Below the pieces are notes generated by a model that was not told the DNA's origin, did no database searches, and worked only from the letters and a program-made list of their open reading frames with translations. Position numbers and translations under genes: made by a program. A stretch of DNA of 64,000 nt from the human T2T-CHM13v2.0 reference genome, Homo sapiens, in NCBI RefSeq assembly GCF_009914755.1, contig NC_060926.1; one strand, written 5' to 3'. Positions 45,973 to 62,232 of this stretch are shown here, in pieces; the stretch's first letter is position 1; every line of letters begins with the position of its first letter.

Positions 45973-47400
45973 CTGCACAGTAACAAAATACAGAGACAAG
46001 AATGGGAAGGCCAGGGTTACCTTTGGTGTAATGGATGATAAAAACCATAACTATTAATGGGCATTTCTGATATGGTGCTATAAGTTCCAACTTTTTGTGG
46101 CCTCTTATCCTATACCTAGAATTTAGCAGAACAGAGCATTGAATTAACATATTTCACCAGTCATTTATTTGTTCCTGCATTCACTCCAAAATATGTATTG
46201 GATGCCTCCTCTGTGCTAAGCACTGTACCAGGCATCAGGGATGCAGGGATAAACCCTGTTTTCATGGAGCAGGTAGCATCACTTCCTCGGGCCTCAGTTG
46301 CCTGGAAACCAAGCAACAGAGATAAGGAAGGACCAAAAGGCAGGCACAGGAACAAATATTTATGCAAAGAAAAAAAAAATCTAGTTCACAGGCCCTCACT
46401 CAGAGCCTAATCATCCTTGCCCACTTGCTGTCTAGTTTACAAACGTACTGAACAATTTATCGAAGGCAGGGGAATTGTTAGAGACAGGCACAGATAATAG
46501 AAATGACAGTCAAAAGCTTAATGTTTAAGGAAGCTGAAATGAAAAAATAACTTGAGAATGTATGTATATATTGTTTGGGCAGTTAAAAAAAATTAAAAAA
46601 AAAAAAAACTAGAAGAGAAAATAACTGTAAGGAATTTGCCCAGTGGTTAAAACAGTGCTTGCCTCTGGGAGGCAGGCTGATGGGTGATAATGTATTTCTT
46701 CTTCTTTACTTTTTTCGTCTACTTTCCAAATGTTTTGAATTCACTATGATTTTTGAAAAGTTTATTCTAAAGGATGAATTCTAAAGGATGAAGTCTACTG
46801 AGTCAATGATACATAAGGTAAACCAAATCGAGGAGGGGGCAGAGGAATTGAAACCTTACAGCTCAAAAAACACACGCACCCCTACCACACACTAGCAGAA
46901 CTATTGACTTCAGAGCATATGCAATCAGCCCTTTGACATGGTCTACACTGGTTTATAGGTTACCCATCCATGCACAGGATTTTCAACCTTATTCTAGCTA
47001 AAAAAAAAAAAAAAACAATTGATAATGGTTTACAAAGAAATCAGCAAAGAAGCTAGCAGTAGCAAGAACTAAGTGTCGCTTTTCACATGTGTATATGGAA
47101 GTGTAAACGCCCTAGCAAAAGGTGTGTATGCTTCTCTAGAGTAGGAGTGAATTTGTCTGAAGGAAAGAATAATGTGGAATTCTCTCCCTCTTTTTGCTAT
47201 CCATGGGTCATTTATATTCCTAAAGCCGATGGGCATTTACTCCTTTGTTCTACTCCTGAGGAATAAATTTGTGAAAAACAAACAAAGAAGACTTCTTATA
47301 TACCAAACCTCAAGCAAATATTAGCCAGCACCAAATGGTAAATGACCACTGGAAACTAAACTTTGCCTTTGAGGTCACAGCGCGACGTCCACACCCTCAC

Positions 47401-47602
47401 CTGTTGTACATTGTCGTGAGAAGGCTCAGAGTGAGTTCCGGAGCTCTGGGATGCACTTGTCCTGGGTTTTCCTCCCTGGCCTTCTGAAACAGCTCTTGGA
47501 GTGCCTGAGAAAGTTGCTGCACAGAAAGGGAGTGCTTGCGAGCTTCCCAGAAACTTGGACGCAGTAGGACCTGCTGAATCAGGGAGCTGTCAATCAAGTC
47601 CA
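47401..47602 (-). CDS. DYTN: DYTN exon 3 (LDLIDSSLIQQ...LLTTMYN)
   Basis: tcctacag|TG...ACAG|gtgagg; matches ORF 47397-47615. Confidence 0.95.
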
Positions 47603-49245
47603 CTGTAGGAAGCAAATGAAGAATTGAGCCTTATTTTCTGATGGGAACAAAAGGCTTCAAATAAAGCAAATGTCATTTGGTGTTTTATAATTAAGACTTT
47701 TTATGGTCGCTATTTTCTTTTAAGGGGAATGAAATATGACTACTATTTGGACATATATTCCTTGTGTATACTTCAGGCGTTACTATTCTAGCGATTCATT
47801 TGATTTTGGAAAGGTGCATCTGTTAGTAAAGCATAGTTGTAACATTATTACCAGTACAGTTTCTAGGATGTTGTTTTATAGAAAGAAGTTAAAAAGGGAA
47901 GTGAGAAACGAAAAATACGCTTTCCAAGAAAGTTATGACACTGTGGTAAAAAGTTGGGGAAAACATTTTTATACTCTTCATTAAGTGGATTGAATAAATT
48001 TACCTTTCCTGTTCAAATATAGTTTTTCTTGTCTGCAGCCCAGCTTCAGAAGCAATATGGTGTGTTGAAAAGCAATTGCCGTAGTTAAATACAAAACAGT
48101 GATCTTCATAAAAGAGCAGTTACTCTTCTGTAAAGATCTTTAGGCTAAAGAGTCTGAGAATTCTGCAACTCAGTAATACCACTGTTAACAATCTTGGTTC
48201 CATCAGTATTATTATCTAGAGAAGGCACTTAATAAAACTACAGCTGCTTACAAAAAATAATGGTTTATTTCTTATACTGAATATTTTTTAACCACCTTCT
48301 CCTAAAATTTTTACAAGGCAATGAATAGAAACAAGAATGTAATAGAGCTAACCCCATAGCTTCTTGCAGAGAGAGGATGACAGACAAAATTAATAAACAG
48401 CCACTTGCACCATCTGAGAGGTGGGGATATCAAGAGCGCCAAGAGCTCCTGGCATTTAAAACGCTTCAGCCTGTGAAACCATAAAACCCTGGGTTTCTCT
48501 CTACTTCGTAAATCAACCTCAGATAAGAAATCTAGCAAGTATAATAAAAATTTTTATTTGTTCTCTGATATTGCTTTTAAGAGGAGAGTCTAAGGAACAG
48601 AGGAACAAGTTTCAGAATGTGACTTAAATAAAAACCTGGCTGCAGGTGGTGAAGGCTGTAAACTCTTTTATCGTTAAAACCTGTCACCTCAGCCAGGCAT
48701 TCTGAACACAGGCCGATTTCATCTCCTGCTGAGAGTTCTATATTACACCAAACCAGATAATAGTGGTGTCCATTAATCTCACCACAAGATTTATACAGCG
48801 ATGTGTCCCCGATCTTCCTATTTGGAGCTCATGTTATGCTTTATCTCAGTGTTTGGGATTTTCTGTTTTTAAATTTTTGTTTGGATATCTTTTCTAGGTA
48901 ACATTTTTCAACCACTGATTTTGTGTATTGTTAATATTTCCCATGAGTGTTATTTATATTCACTGTTTCTGATGCCAGAGATAACAAAAAGTTGAAAACT
49001 GTGCATCCACAAATTACGCTACGGAACATACTCAGGCATTCGTGACTGGGACATGTGAACAATTGCTGCTAACTTTCTCTAATGGGAGAAATTCTCCAGG
49101 AAAATGCATAATTGGGGGTAAATTTTTAGCTTTTTGTTTGTTCCTGGAATAATAAATAATAGTTATAAGTGAGTTTCTTTATCTAGAGCAGTAATCTACA
49201 TAAAACTGTTTTTAAAACCAAAAATTTCTTCTTCAAAGGAACCTA

Positions 49246-49685
<440 letters not shown>

Positions 49686-50622
49686 CTAACTCTTTTTTGC
49701 CCTACCCTACATTCACATATATTTTGTGAAGCCCAATTTGAAAACCACTGCCCTATATAACTTTTTAGGCAGGAGGAAAAATATTTTTAAATGTCAGCCT
49801 TCAGTAGAAATGTCATATATATAACATAACTTCTCTTAGGTCTGATATGATAAATTTCAGAAATCATTTTACGTGAAGTGATTTTTCTTTCATGCAGTGA
49901 GAAATCAATAACTTTAGATATGCTGAATGCCTGATGTGTTTCATAGCTTGGACCCAGTTTATTTTTCACCTTGGAAAATTTTCACAGGATACATGTTTTA
50001 GTAAAAACATTTTACCTTATTTTGCCTAGATAACAGTAGGAGAAAAGAAAAGAAAAGAAAACCATACATTCAATCAGATATAAATTTACTGCAAAAAGGG
50101 GCAGTTCTCAGGGAATTCTCGAGATAGTTTTAAAATTCATGGTCCATGGGTTATTTATTCATTTGTACCTACTTTTGCATGTTCATATATAGATTATAGG
50201 TACAACTTGAAAATGCAAATCTTACGTGGTAGATGGAATTTTATATTTTTATACTTAAATCTATAAGTGCAGTTTTGAAAATACTTTTTTTTTGCAATTT
50301 TATTTTGTGTCCATATTGGTATCCTGAAAAGGAAACCAAAAACATTTTCTAGAAGAAGCCAAGTGGAGAAAATATTTAAAAAATTAAAAATCCTCATGCA
50401 CAATTATTTCTATTGCTCATCAGCAAAACTACACATGGTTTGCCTGCACGTGATGTTTTCCCATCCTCCATCTTCTCTGTCACGAATGGGCTAAATGCAC
50501 AAGTCCAGACTTCCAGAATCCAGTAGTCAGCTGCATGGGGGGAGTGTTTGTTTTCTCTATGAATTTTACATCGCACATCAAGCTCAGATTATTTCAAATA
50601 TTTCAGGAGAGCCTATACTTAC

Positions 50623-50697
50623 ACTGGCACAGAGTTTGCACTGATTGTAATTTGAAGGCTGTTCTATAAATGGAATTCTCAATACTATTAAGAGCAT
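50623..50697 (-). CDS. DYTN: DYTN exon 2 (DALNSIENSIYRTAFKLQSVQTLCQ)
   Basis: ttctttacag|AT...CAGT|gtaagt; the YRTAxKL motif is typical of the dystrophin/dystrobrevin EF-hand region. Confidence 0.95.
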
Positions 50698-51653
50698 CTG
50701 TAAAGAAAACGTAAAATATTATGAATAAAGTCTCTCTCATTATATAAATCCCACATCATGGAAGGAAATCCTAGAGATCATGTAAGCTTACTTTATTTTG
50801 CAGGTGAGGAAATTAAGGTTTAGAGCTCTTTTTTTTTCTGTAAACAAATAAAAATAGACTTACATTATTCTAGGGCTACAGGTGAACCTAGTTCACCTTC
50901 TCAGTCCACCAAAAAGTGACGGAATACTCCATCAATCTGTCCACTTTTTATATAAAAAGTCAATGGCCTTTGAAACAAACAGGATAAAAAAAACTACATG
51001 TAGAATATAAATTCAAGTTTGCAAATATATTCTAGTTATATGTGGACACATGCATTTATGCATAAATGAAAAAGACTCCAAAGCTATCCATCTACTCATG
51101 CATTTAGCCAATATTTATTGAGCCCTTAGTATATGGCCCTGGCATGATTCTAGGCCCTTGAAATATAGCATTCAACTAGATAGATAAAGATGGCCACCCT
51201 TGTGGAGCTTAACTTCTAGTACCAACCACCAAACTGTTAACAGTGGACATCTCTGAGTGCTTGAATTATTAGTGTTCGCGGTTATTTTCTCTCTGCTCAA
51301 TATTACCTAAATTTTCTATAAAAAGTGTAGGCTATTTTTATAATCAGAAAAAGAATTATTAATATACCTTCTTTTGAGAGTTACCATCACCAATAGCAGT
51401 ACAACAATAGCGAGCATTCCTGAGCACTGAGTGTGTACTTGCCCATTTCACAGTGTAGAGGAGAGGAGAGAGCTCTGGAGCCAGCTATACTTAGTTCTGT
51501 TCCTTCCTTTTTCCTTAAAAGTAGTTACTTTTGATCTTCAGTTTCTTCTTCAGATAAATGGGAATTATAACACATTCCTCAAAGGGTATTTGCACATTTT
51601 AAATAAGAAAATGTAGGCAATATACTTCCTAAATTGTTTCTCTTACCTTTCTT

Positions 51654-51905
51654 TTTTTTGTTGTTGTTTTTTGTTTTTTTTACTTTTCTTTTTTTTATTA
51701 TACTTTAAGTTTTAGGGTACATGTGCACAATGTGCAGGTTAGTTACATATGTATACATGTGCCATGTGGGTGTGCTGCACCCATTAACTCGTCATTTAAC
51801 ATTAGGTATATCTCCCAATCCTATCCCTCCCCCTTCCCCCCACCCCACAACAGGCCCCAGTGTGTGATGTTCCCCTTCCTGTGTCCATGTGTTCTCATTG
51901 TTCAA
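51654..51905 (-). mobile_element. Young L1PA 3' end
   Basis: TSD ttctcttacctttctt at 51638-51653 and 51906-51921. Confidence 0.93.
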
Positions 51906-54296
51906 TTCTCTTACCTTTCTTAAGGACCCACAATTTTAAATTTTTTCCATTGATGCTCCAAATTTGATTTTTATTTAATTTAAGAGACTATAACAACGTT
52001 ACAACGGAGCTTTCTGTTGCTGAAGACTGAAATGATCAGTCTTCATATCTAGAAAAAATAACTATAGAGTAGATCTCCCCATTTAGTCATATTATCTTTA
52101 ATGTTATTCAATAAAGTTATATAAGATCATACACATTAATAGCTTAGTTTATTTTAGGCAGTTAAAATGGCCTGTTCTAACTGCTTATTGTTGGTATAAA
52201 CCAGTAGACCTTAAAGTATGGTTCCTGAACCAACCACAGCAGCAACATCGCCTGGGAACTTGGGAGAAAAACAATTTCTAACAAAAGTCTAAGAAGTCGC
52301 CAACGTCGGAATCTAGGGGTGAGAATCTAAGGAATAACCTGAGTCTTAGCAGGCCCCGGGGGTAAATCTGATGCAAACGAAAGTTTGAAAACTACTGGTA
52401 TAAAGGGAATTTATTGCTTCTGCTTTTTATGACTAGTTTGATTATTGAAGGTCTTTGTGACAGCAGTTTCAGTGGAGTCATGGGGGTCAAAATCAAACTG
52501 CAGAGGATGGAGCACTGAGTGTAAGGTGAGGAGAAAACATACAACCAGACAACTTTTTCAAGATCTTATAACGTGAAGGGAAGACAAGAGAGCCACAGCT
52601 AGAACAACACATAAAATCGAAAGTGGTTTTCAAAGGCAGGAGAGATTCCAGAATGCATGGGTCAGGGAGGAGGAGCCAGGAGAGACAGAGTGGGGTTGAG
52701 GACTCAGGAAGTAGGGGATCCAGGTAGTATATGATGTAGCAAAGTCCCTCTCAGAGGGCACATGTTCCCTTAGCCACCCAGCATCCATTTTTCTTTCTCC
52801 AGGTGAACCACCTCCCCTAATCTGAATCCATGAAATTCCAATAGTGTCAACTGCAACTCTCCCACTTCCATGGGGGCATGTGGCCCAGGCCCAGCCCATC
52901 AGTGAGAGCACCGTCGCCTTCCCCAGAGGTGGGTACATACCAAAGTCAGGCAAGTAATGTTCCAATGAATCTGGGTTCAAGGACTCTTGGTTCAAGTTAT
53001 CAGGGAAGCAGAATTTTTTTTCTCGACTTGAATTTGGAATTGTAGATTGGAGCAGAAATCACCCTCTTGTCAGGCTGTGTAGCTTGCGAATGAAATCAAC
53101 ACACAAGGGTGAGCAGAGATGAACTTAGAGATGGAGAGAAACCGCTTCCTGGTGACAATGTCCCAGCCCAGGAAAGCTAGTCCTTCCTTTGGTTATTTAA
53201 TTTATTTTCATTTGTTTTAATTGACAAATGAATATTGTATTATTTATCATGCACAGCATGTTTCAAAATATGTGTATCTCGTGGAATGGCTACATCAAGC
53301 TAATTAACATATACATTATGCCACATATTTATTTTTTGTGGTAAGAATATTTAAAATCTATTCTCTTAGCAATTTTCAAGAATATAATACATTGTTATTA
53401 ACTATAGTCACCATGCTGTACAGTAGATCTCTTGATTGGGTTATTAATTTTATAAGGTAACACAGCCTTTTTGAGGTAAGTTTTCTGCCACAATCGCTGA
53501 AGTATTGCTAACTGCTCCCATCGCTGTGGTAGAGAGAGGGAGGAAAATGCACAGGTGAAGGAATTAGCTTTGGTAAGAAGCCATCTCTCATTCCCTGAAA
53601 GGAAGCATAAAAGGAGATGATGCGCTGGGGGGATGGCCATGTCTGAGAGCTTCTGTTTTCTTTGTAAAGTTGAGGGCATGTTCACACATTTAGAGTTAGG
53701 AGGACATGGTGGGGTTGAGGAATAGTGAAGATTTGCACAGTTATAGTGAAGGGTGAAAGAGGAAATCAGTCACAAACTTTGGAAAGAACTGCCAAGCAGT
53801 GGTGCATCTCTAGTATTTCCGGTGATAACAAATTCCAATTAGAGTTTACACCCAGAAACGCTCATTCTGAGGCAAGGATTTCACACACAAGCAAGCTCTG
53901 AAGCCAAGACTTACTTGTATTTATGGTGCCCAGAGGAAGAAGTCTTGAGGAAAATGAAACTACTTTCAAATGTAATGTCAGCCGATTAACATAAAACTCA
54001 GGCAATGAGGAGTTAGCAGGGTGTGCTGGGGAGTTTTGTGACTAGAAACACAGCCGAGTCTCCAGCCTTGGAACAGGCCCTGAGCAAAAATGAAACAAGG
54101 AACTGCTTGGTGTACTTCTTTGATTCAAACATATGTGGCAAGGTCATTTGTGGTGACATTCATTTTTGTCTCGTTCTTGCAGCAAGGGGAGAATTTAAAG
54201 AATGGAAAGGCAATGTTTCTGTGTTCATCTTGTAAGTCTAAGCTATTTTCACTCCTCTGGGAGATCTAACAGTGTCTCTGTGTTTAAGGGCCACTC

Positions 54297-54593
54297 TTTT
54301 TTCTTTCTTTTCTTTTTTGTTTTGAGACGGAGTCTCGCTCTGTCACCCAGGCTGGAGTGCAGTGGCGCAATCTCGGCTCACTGCTCCACCTCCCGGGTTC
54401 ATGCCAATCTCCTGCCTCAGCCTCCCGAGTAGCTGGGATTACAGGCGCACACCACCACGCCCGGCTAATTTTTTGTATTTTTAGTAGAGACAGGGTTTCA
54501 CCGTGTTAGCCAGGATGGTCTCGATCTCCTGACCTCATGGTCTGCCCGCCTCGGCCTCCCAAAGTGCTGGGATTACAGGTGTGAGCCACTGCG
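54297..54593 (-). mobile_element. Alu (AluY/Sc-like)
   Basis: Antisense, CpG-rich Alu. Confidence 0.95.
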
Positions 54594-55039
54594 TAAAGAC
54601 GGCTCTTGAAGTCACCTCCACTCAGGCCTTTGTATGAAAAGATGGACAGGCCCATGAAAGAATTAATCTGGAATTTTCCTGGAGGCGGAGAGAGGCTGAT
54701 GCCTGGACAAGAAGTTGGGAGATGTCTGACTAAGATTGGGTTTAGGAGGTGTTTCCAGGGCTGTCCTTCCTAGCAGACCCCTGAGTGGGGGAATGGCTGC
54801 ATGGTGTAGCCAGGGAGACCAGCCACAGGTGTGACAAGGACTTCTGTGTCCAGTCTTGACATGGAGTCCCATGTCTTCAAGTGGAATCCAAAGCCAAAGG
54901 CAGAGAGCATCACAAGTGGTGGTCACAATGGACTTCAGTTAGGGCCTTGACCAGTTAGTTGTTCAAGATAGCAGCCTTAGAGCTTTCTGTTTGTCTCCCA
55001 GGGATAGTTCCCTCCCAAACTTAACTCAGCCTAAATTTC

Positions 55040-56235
<1,196 letters not shown>

Positions 56236-57134
56236 TCAGCCTAAATTTCATATCAAGGTACAGTGCCTTGATTTTGATTTAGGAAATGATGTTTCTTGCC
56301 CTTGAGTGTTGTGGGGTAAAGTACTAGCTGTTACACATAAGATACTGAGTGCCAGGCACTGTGTGGAGCCACAGAGGGGATTAGAGTGCTGAACCAGGCC
56401 AGAGCCACCCCAGGCCAGAGCCATCCCAAAGTAGTGAGAACATGCCACAGGCCTCTCTCTGAATGTATATCGATCCAACAGTCAGCATATGATCATGGAT
56501 TAAAGACATCTACCTCAGGTGAAGTGGACTGTGCCTAAACATTGTCGCCCAAACAAGAGAGGTTGTTTAAAAACCGTCTACATGTTTTCCTTTCTTTTTC
56601 GAGAGGTACAAACATATATATAACTACAATTTGCTCTAAATCTTTTGTTATTCATCATTTCCTTAGGCTTTAAAAATGCTTAGTTTTCAGATAAGATGCC
56701 AATGTTAGAGAATGGGAGATGTCAGAAACTCCTCTGTCCTATGTTTGGAGAAAAAAAAAATTGAGAGTAGGCATAATAGGGTGGAAATAATTTACAATAG
56801 TGTAATGCCCAACATTTCTTTCCTCTGGAAATTGGCCAATGTTTGTGCCCTGGTTCCTCTCAGATGCACCAAGCAGATACACAGAATCAGCAGACAAGGG
56901 GCTCTGCAAGTTCCCAGATGCTGCTCTTGGTAGAGGAGCGACTCTGTAGCTGCTCTACCATCTGGCCATCACTCTCCTGTCAAGTTATGCTTTACAGCGT
57001 CATCTGATGAAGTTAGGCAGCATAACACGGCAAGCTGTGATACAGTGCAACATGGAAAATGAATGAGGAGCCCAGGTGAGCCAACACCAGACCCACTTCC
57101 TCAAGGCTAACTTTTACATTTTTTTTCTGCCGAT

Positions 57135-57138
<4 letters not shown>

Positions 57139-57187
<49 letters not shown>
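57139..57187. repeat. (CA)n microsatellite
   Basis: Direct reading. Confidence 0.97.
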
Positions 57188-57188
<1 letters not shown>

Positions 57189-57454
57189 CAAACTCAAGAA
57201 AGGAAGAAACTACCAAATGTATCACGCCCAAAGCTATGAACAAAGCAGTTTTAGATGCTTAAAGAAATAGTAACACAAGCTACATGTGTTCTTCTTCATG
57301 GAAGCAAAATGATTGGGAAATATCTTTTGACCAGGATTCTTGTTTTTGCTCAGCTACATCAATATATTTATTTTCCACAGATACTAAGGTGGATATAATA
57401 CAATTCTTTCAAATGTCCATCATCTAGTTCAATGATCCAAAATAGATGCTTTAG

Positions 57455-57625
57455 GCCAGTGGTCCTCACAGTGTGGTCCCAAGCCAGCAGCATCATGTCA
57501 CCTGGGAACCTGTTAGAAATGTACATTCCTGGACTCTTCCCAGACCCATGGAATCACAAACTTTGCAGCATATTAACAAACCTTTCAGGTGATTCTGATG
57601 CATGCTAATTTTGAGACACACTGCC
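57455..57625. mobile_element. MER5A-like hAT MITE (a second copy at about 52215-52395)
   Basis: cagtggtcctcacagtgtggtccc...ggtgattctgatgcatgc. Confidence 0.7.
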
Positions 57626-58366
57626 TTAGAAAATTGAGAAAGAAGAAAATTGAGAGTTGAATGGATTACCTACTGCTTTGTGTAAAGCGTATTAATATGA
57701 GAGCCCAAATTTGGAAAACCCAAAGGTATTGGAATCATTTATAATGTTGTTTTAGATAAACAACTAGGGATCATACAGAATTTCATATAAAACAAGTAAG
57801 ATAACAATGTAGATTTTGGTTAGGGGAGTAAGGCTCCGAATAGATCTAGCAATAGAAATCCCACAGATCAGTTCTGGGCCTAACTTGGCATTCAGCGATG
57901 TTAGAAGAAAGGGGAACTAGTTTCTCCATATCCACTTATAAAATTTTCATATAGTGACAACTGTGAGACCTTTCTCCCAACTTGAACCACACAGTACTGT
58001 GAACTTACCTATGACATTAAAATATATACGATAATTTCATTTTAATAGTAAATATGAATATACATAAAACTAAGGTAATAGTTTCTGTGTATTTGAATAG
58101 CAATTCAAATGTAATTATGTTGACATCAAGTCTTTTGTTAGATTATTTTTGGTGCTTTCGAGACAATAGACCAGATACTCTTCAGTACATGGTGGATTTC
58201 TGTTTAGAAGAGAGAGAAAGCCACTTTAATCAAGTAACAGTTTCTTTTTCAGCCAGAAATTTGCCAAATGTTTACTCTTCTTCAAATCAGAGGTCTGAAA
58301 ATATAACATCTGTGCCTAATTTTTCTGTTTACAAACTATGCTCAGAAACTTGACAATAATACTCAC

Positions 58367-58385
58367 CTTGTTTATCTGGATCCAT
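58367..58385 (-). CDS. DYTN: DYTN coding exon 1 (MDPDKQ, 19 nt)
   Basis: ATG GAT CCA GAT AAA CAA G|gtgagt; consensus donor, phase 1 matches exon 2. Confidence 0.92.
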
Positions 58386-58981
58386 TTCACAAATTTCCTG
58401 GAATGACAGATGGCAAGTGGGTCCCTGTAACTAGAAATGAACCAGTATTTTAAGCAGAAGGTTTTGCAGCAGAGGAATGAGGACAGGGGAACAAAAAGGC
58501 AACTAAACAAATCATTTTACCTGTGGAAAGTGACTGCAAGGTGTTCAAGGCGACTGAAATATCTTGGGAGGAAGAAAACAGGGAGAAACATAGAAGTAGA
58601 GGCTCCTGATACTGACCACGCTTCTCAGAAAACTGAGAACAGCTCCTGAAACTAATACCATGATGACTTAGAGGCTTTGAGGCATTGTAATTTTAAGAGT
58701 GGACTGTATTCTTACTTTAAGATGATATCAATTTACTTGAACTTTAAGAACAAAATTTGAAACTCTCAATACTTAAATTTCTAATAACACTATGCTAAAT
58801 CATTCTACATATTAAATTTCTAACAAAAGCTATCAACTTGTCATATATATGCATATATACATACATGTATGTATATGTATACATAGGATTCTGTTAATAA
58901 TTAATTTTTAAAAGAGTAGTCAATTAGCTACCTTTGTAAATTGTTTCATGTTGCAACTATTGTTCAAACAACACACACACA

Positions 58982-60662
58982 AGAGGTTTGTGGAAAATGT
59001 ATATTCTGAAAAAAAATAGGCAAGGATTTCAAAATTTTTTTGTACCAAAATAAACTCACACTAGATTGTTGAAGCATGTCTGAACAGGATTTAGTTTGAA
59101 GCATTAAGAAGGATAAGATATCAGTCTGAAAATAGCTCTTGAGAGCAACATGAATTCTGCTAAAATGGAAGCAAGAACAAACATCAAATTTATGGTAAAA
59201 CTTGGGTGGTAAAATAGTAAAATCATTGATGCTTTACAAAAAGTTTATGGGGACAATGCCCCAAATAAATCAGTAGTTTACACCATGGAATACTATGCAG
59301 CCATATAAAGGAACAAGATCATATCCTTTGCAGGGACATGGGTGGAGCTGGAAGCCATTATCCTCAGCATACTAATACAGGAACAGAAAACCAAAGACTG
59401 CATGTTTTCACTTATAAGTGGGAGCTGAACAATGAGAACACATGGATGCAGGGAGGGGAACTACACACACTGGGGCCTGTTGGAGGTGCAGGAAGAGGAA
59501 GAGCATCAGAATAAATAGCTAATGCATGTAGGGCTTAATACCCAGGTGATGGGCTGATAGGTGCAGCAAACCACCATGGCACATGTTTACCTGTGTAACA
59601 AACCTGCACGTCCTACGCATGTATCCCAGTACTTAAAATAAAATTAAATTTTAAAAAAAGAAAGGAAAAAAGAAATCAGTAGTTCACAGAGAGATAACTC
59701 ATTTTGAGAAGGGATGAGAGGATGTGAAAGATGAAACCCACAGCAGTGGACCATCCACATCAGTTTGCAAGAAAAAAATGAAGTTTTTTCTTTAAAGAAA
59801 TGTGAATGCTGTAATTTAAGAGGACAATTAACAGAAGAAACAATAGCCAACTCCATAGATAGCTCAACTGATTGAGCTTACACAATTCTAACTGAAAAAT
59901 TGAAGTTGCGCTAGCTTTCTACCAGAAGGGTGCCAAAACCATTGCACGTAGATCAGCTGCAGACAAGAGCAGGGTCAATGGAAATTTTAAACATGTGGGA
60001 CCAAGATTCTGAAGCCTTTCTTTGCAGAATTGTAACAAGAGATGAAACATGACTTTGCCAGTATAATCCTGAAGACAAAGTACAATCAAAGCAACGGCTA
60101 CCAAGAGATGGAAGTGGTCCAGTCAAAGCAAAAGCAGACCTATCAAGAGAAAAGGTTCTGGCAACAGTTTTTAGGATGTTCCAGGTATTTTGCTTGTTGA
60201 CGGGCCAAAAGAACAATAATATCTGCTTATCATGAGAGCATTTTGAGAAAGTTAGCCAAAGCATTAGCAGAAAAACACCCAGGACAGCATCACCAGCGAG
60301 TCCTCCATGACACTGCTTCTGCTCATTCTTCTCATCACATAAGGACAATTTTGCAAGTGATTTGAAGAGAAATCATTAGGTATCCACTTTACAATTCTGA
60401 TTTGGCTCCTTCTCTTTTCTTTTTGTTTCCTAATCTTAAAAAATCTTCAAAGGGCACCTAGTTTTCTTCAGTTAATAATGTCAAAAGGACTGCACTGACA
60501 TGGTTAAATTCTCAGGATCCTCGGTTCTTTAAGGATGGACTAAATGGCTGGTATTATCACTTACAAAAGTGTCTTGAACTTGATAAGGCTTATGCTGATA
60601 AATAAATTTGTTTTTATTTTTATCTTTTAATTCCATTTTTCCATGAACTTTTGAAGTCTCTG
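58982..60662 (+). mobile_element. Hsmar2 mariner, near full length, decayed transposase, interrupted by L1
   Basis: ATGAATTCTGCTAAAATGGAAGCAAGAACAAACATC at 59150 matches the Hsmar2 transposase start; IVTxDET-like and DLAPS-like motifs; TIR remnant ttccatgaacttttgaag at about 60640-60660. Confidence 0.9.
59283..59672 (+). mobile_element. L1PA 3' end inserted in Hsmar2
   Basis: End of L1 ORF2 plus 3'UTR; TSD aaatcagtagtt(t/c)aca at 59267-59282 and 59673-59688. Confidence 0.9.
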
Positions 60663-60979
60663 TGTGTGTCTAATATACTATATATATATATACACATATA
60701 TATTCATTTTCAGCAAAAAGAATGGGTTGTGGTGTAAGAAAAGCCTTATTAGTTCTCAGAAAAAGATGTAACATGGGTACATAACTACCTGTGTTATCAT
60801 GGGTAGTTTAAAACTGTTTTTAAAAAGTTATATGATAATTACATTTAAATAATACTTTACCCTCCTTCTAATGAATGAATGAATTAGAGCACAAGTTATT
60901 TGGGCAGATAAATAACATTTTACAGAAAGCAAAATTAAAGAAAAATCTGATTACATTCATTCTTTAAAAATATAACAGT

Positions 60980-61260
60980 GGCCAGGCACAGTGGCTCTCA
61001 TGCCTCTAATCCAGCACTTTGGGAAGCTGAAGGAGGCAGATCACCTGAAGTCAGGAGTTTGAGACCAGCCTGGCCAACATGATGAAACCCCATCTCTACT
61101 AAAAATGCAAACATTAGCCAGGCGTGGTGGTGGGTGTCTCTAATCCCAGTTACTCGGGAGGCTGAGGCAAAAGAGTTGCTTGAAGCTGGAGGCAGAGGTT
61201 GCAGTGAGCCAAGATGTGACACTGCACTCCAGCCTAGGTGACAGAGCAAGACTCTGCCTC

Positions 61261-61290
<30 letters not shown>
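60980..61290 (+). mobile_element. Alu with (TAA)n tail
   Basis: Sense Alu. Confidence 0.94.
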
Positions 61291-61291
<1 letters not shown>

Positions 61292-62232
61292 GTGGTAATC
61301 TAAGACTTCCCAAAACCTAGCAAGTTTCCATATATATTCAAATAAGATTTTTTAGAAAAGTTGTAGCATGGTAAATCAGTTTAGAACTCTTCTTGGTGTA
61401 GAAATTCCTGAAGTTCCTAGGTAGGCCTGGAAGGGTCCAGCCTCCCGGCCAGTCAACAGGATAGCTGAAGATATGATCTATCTGCCTCTACACCAAGTCC
61501 TTACCTTTCTTAGTTTCCGCAGAGAAGCATTCTAGTGGAACCTCCGTAAAAATGACTCAGCAGTTCTAGAAGACAGAAGCTGAGTAAAATCAGGTTTCCA
61601 GATGTAGCATTCCTGTGTAGAGTTGATTTCTTGTTCTGGTTGTCTAGCAATTGCATGCAAAACAGTAATCTTTGAGGCTGCACTATTTTTAAGGGCTCAC
61701 AGAAGCACATTCATTAATAATAAAGATCCTGAATAATTTAAGGCTACTCCCACATCTCTTGTTTCAAAGGGCCATTTTCATATCAGTTTCACATGTAAAC
61801 TGATGTAAACTGAAAGGCAGGTAAAACTTCTGGGTGCTATTGAGAGCAGGGCATATCACAGAGAGCAGCAAGCAGTCAGAAGGGCCCCATGTCCCACATA
61901 ACCGCCACCTTCCAAACCAACTCAGATAGGAGTGACCTAGGAGTGGAACTGAAGTAATTTTATTCTTTTATAAACACAGAGATGGGGTTACACATTTTTA
62001 AAAGGCATTAAATATAATGCAGGTCTTGAAAAGGATAATAATAATTTGTTATGAATGTACATTTCCTCTTAAAATTAAGTATAATCAGAAAATGTCTTAT
62101 TTCTAAAGAAGTTTAGACTAAAAATGAATTTGTTCTAATCCTATTAGGATTTTTAAAAGATGATGTCACATGAACCAAATGTATCACAACTTTACCATTA
62201 ATGACTTCAAGCTGTTGAAAAGGTAGGGAGCG

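Noticed and set aside
59150-60600. Hsmar2 transposase as an active or domesticated gene
   Set aside because: An early TAA, frameshifts and an L1 insertion disrupt it.
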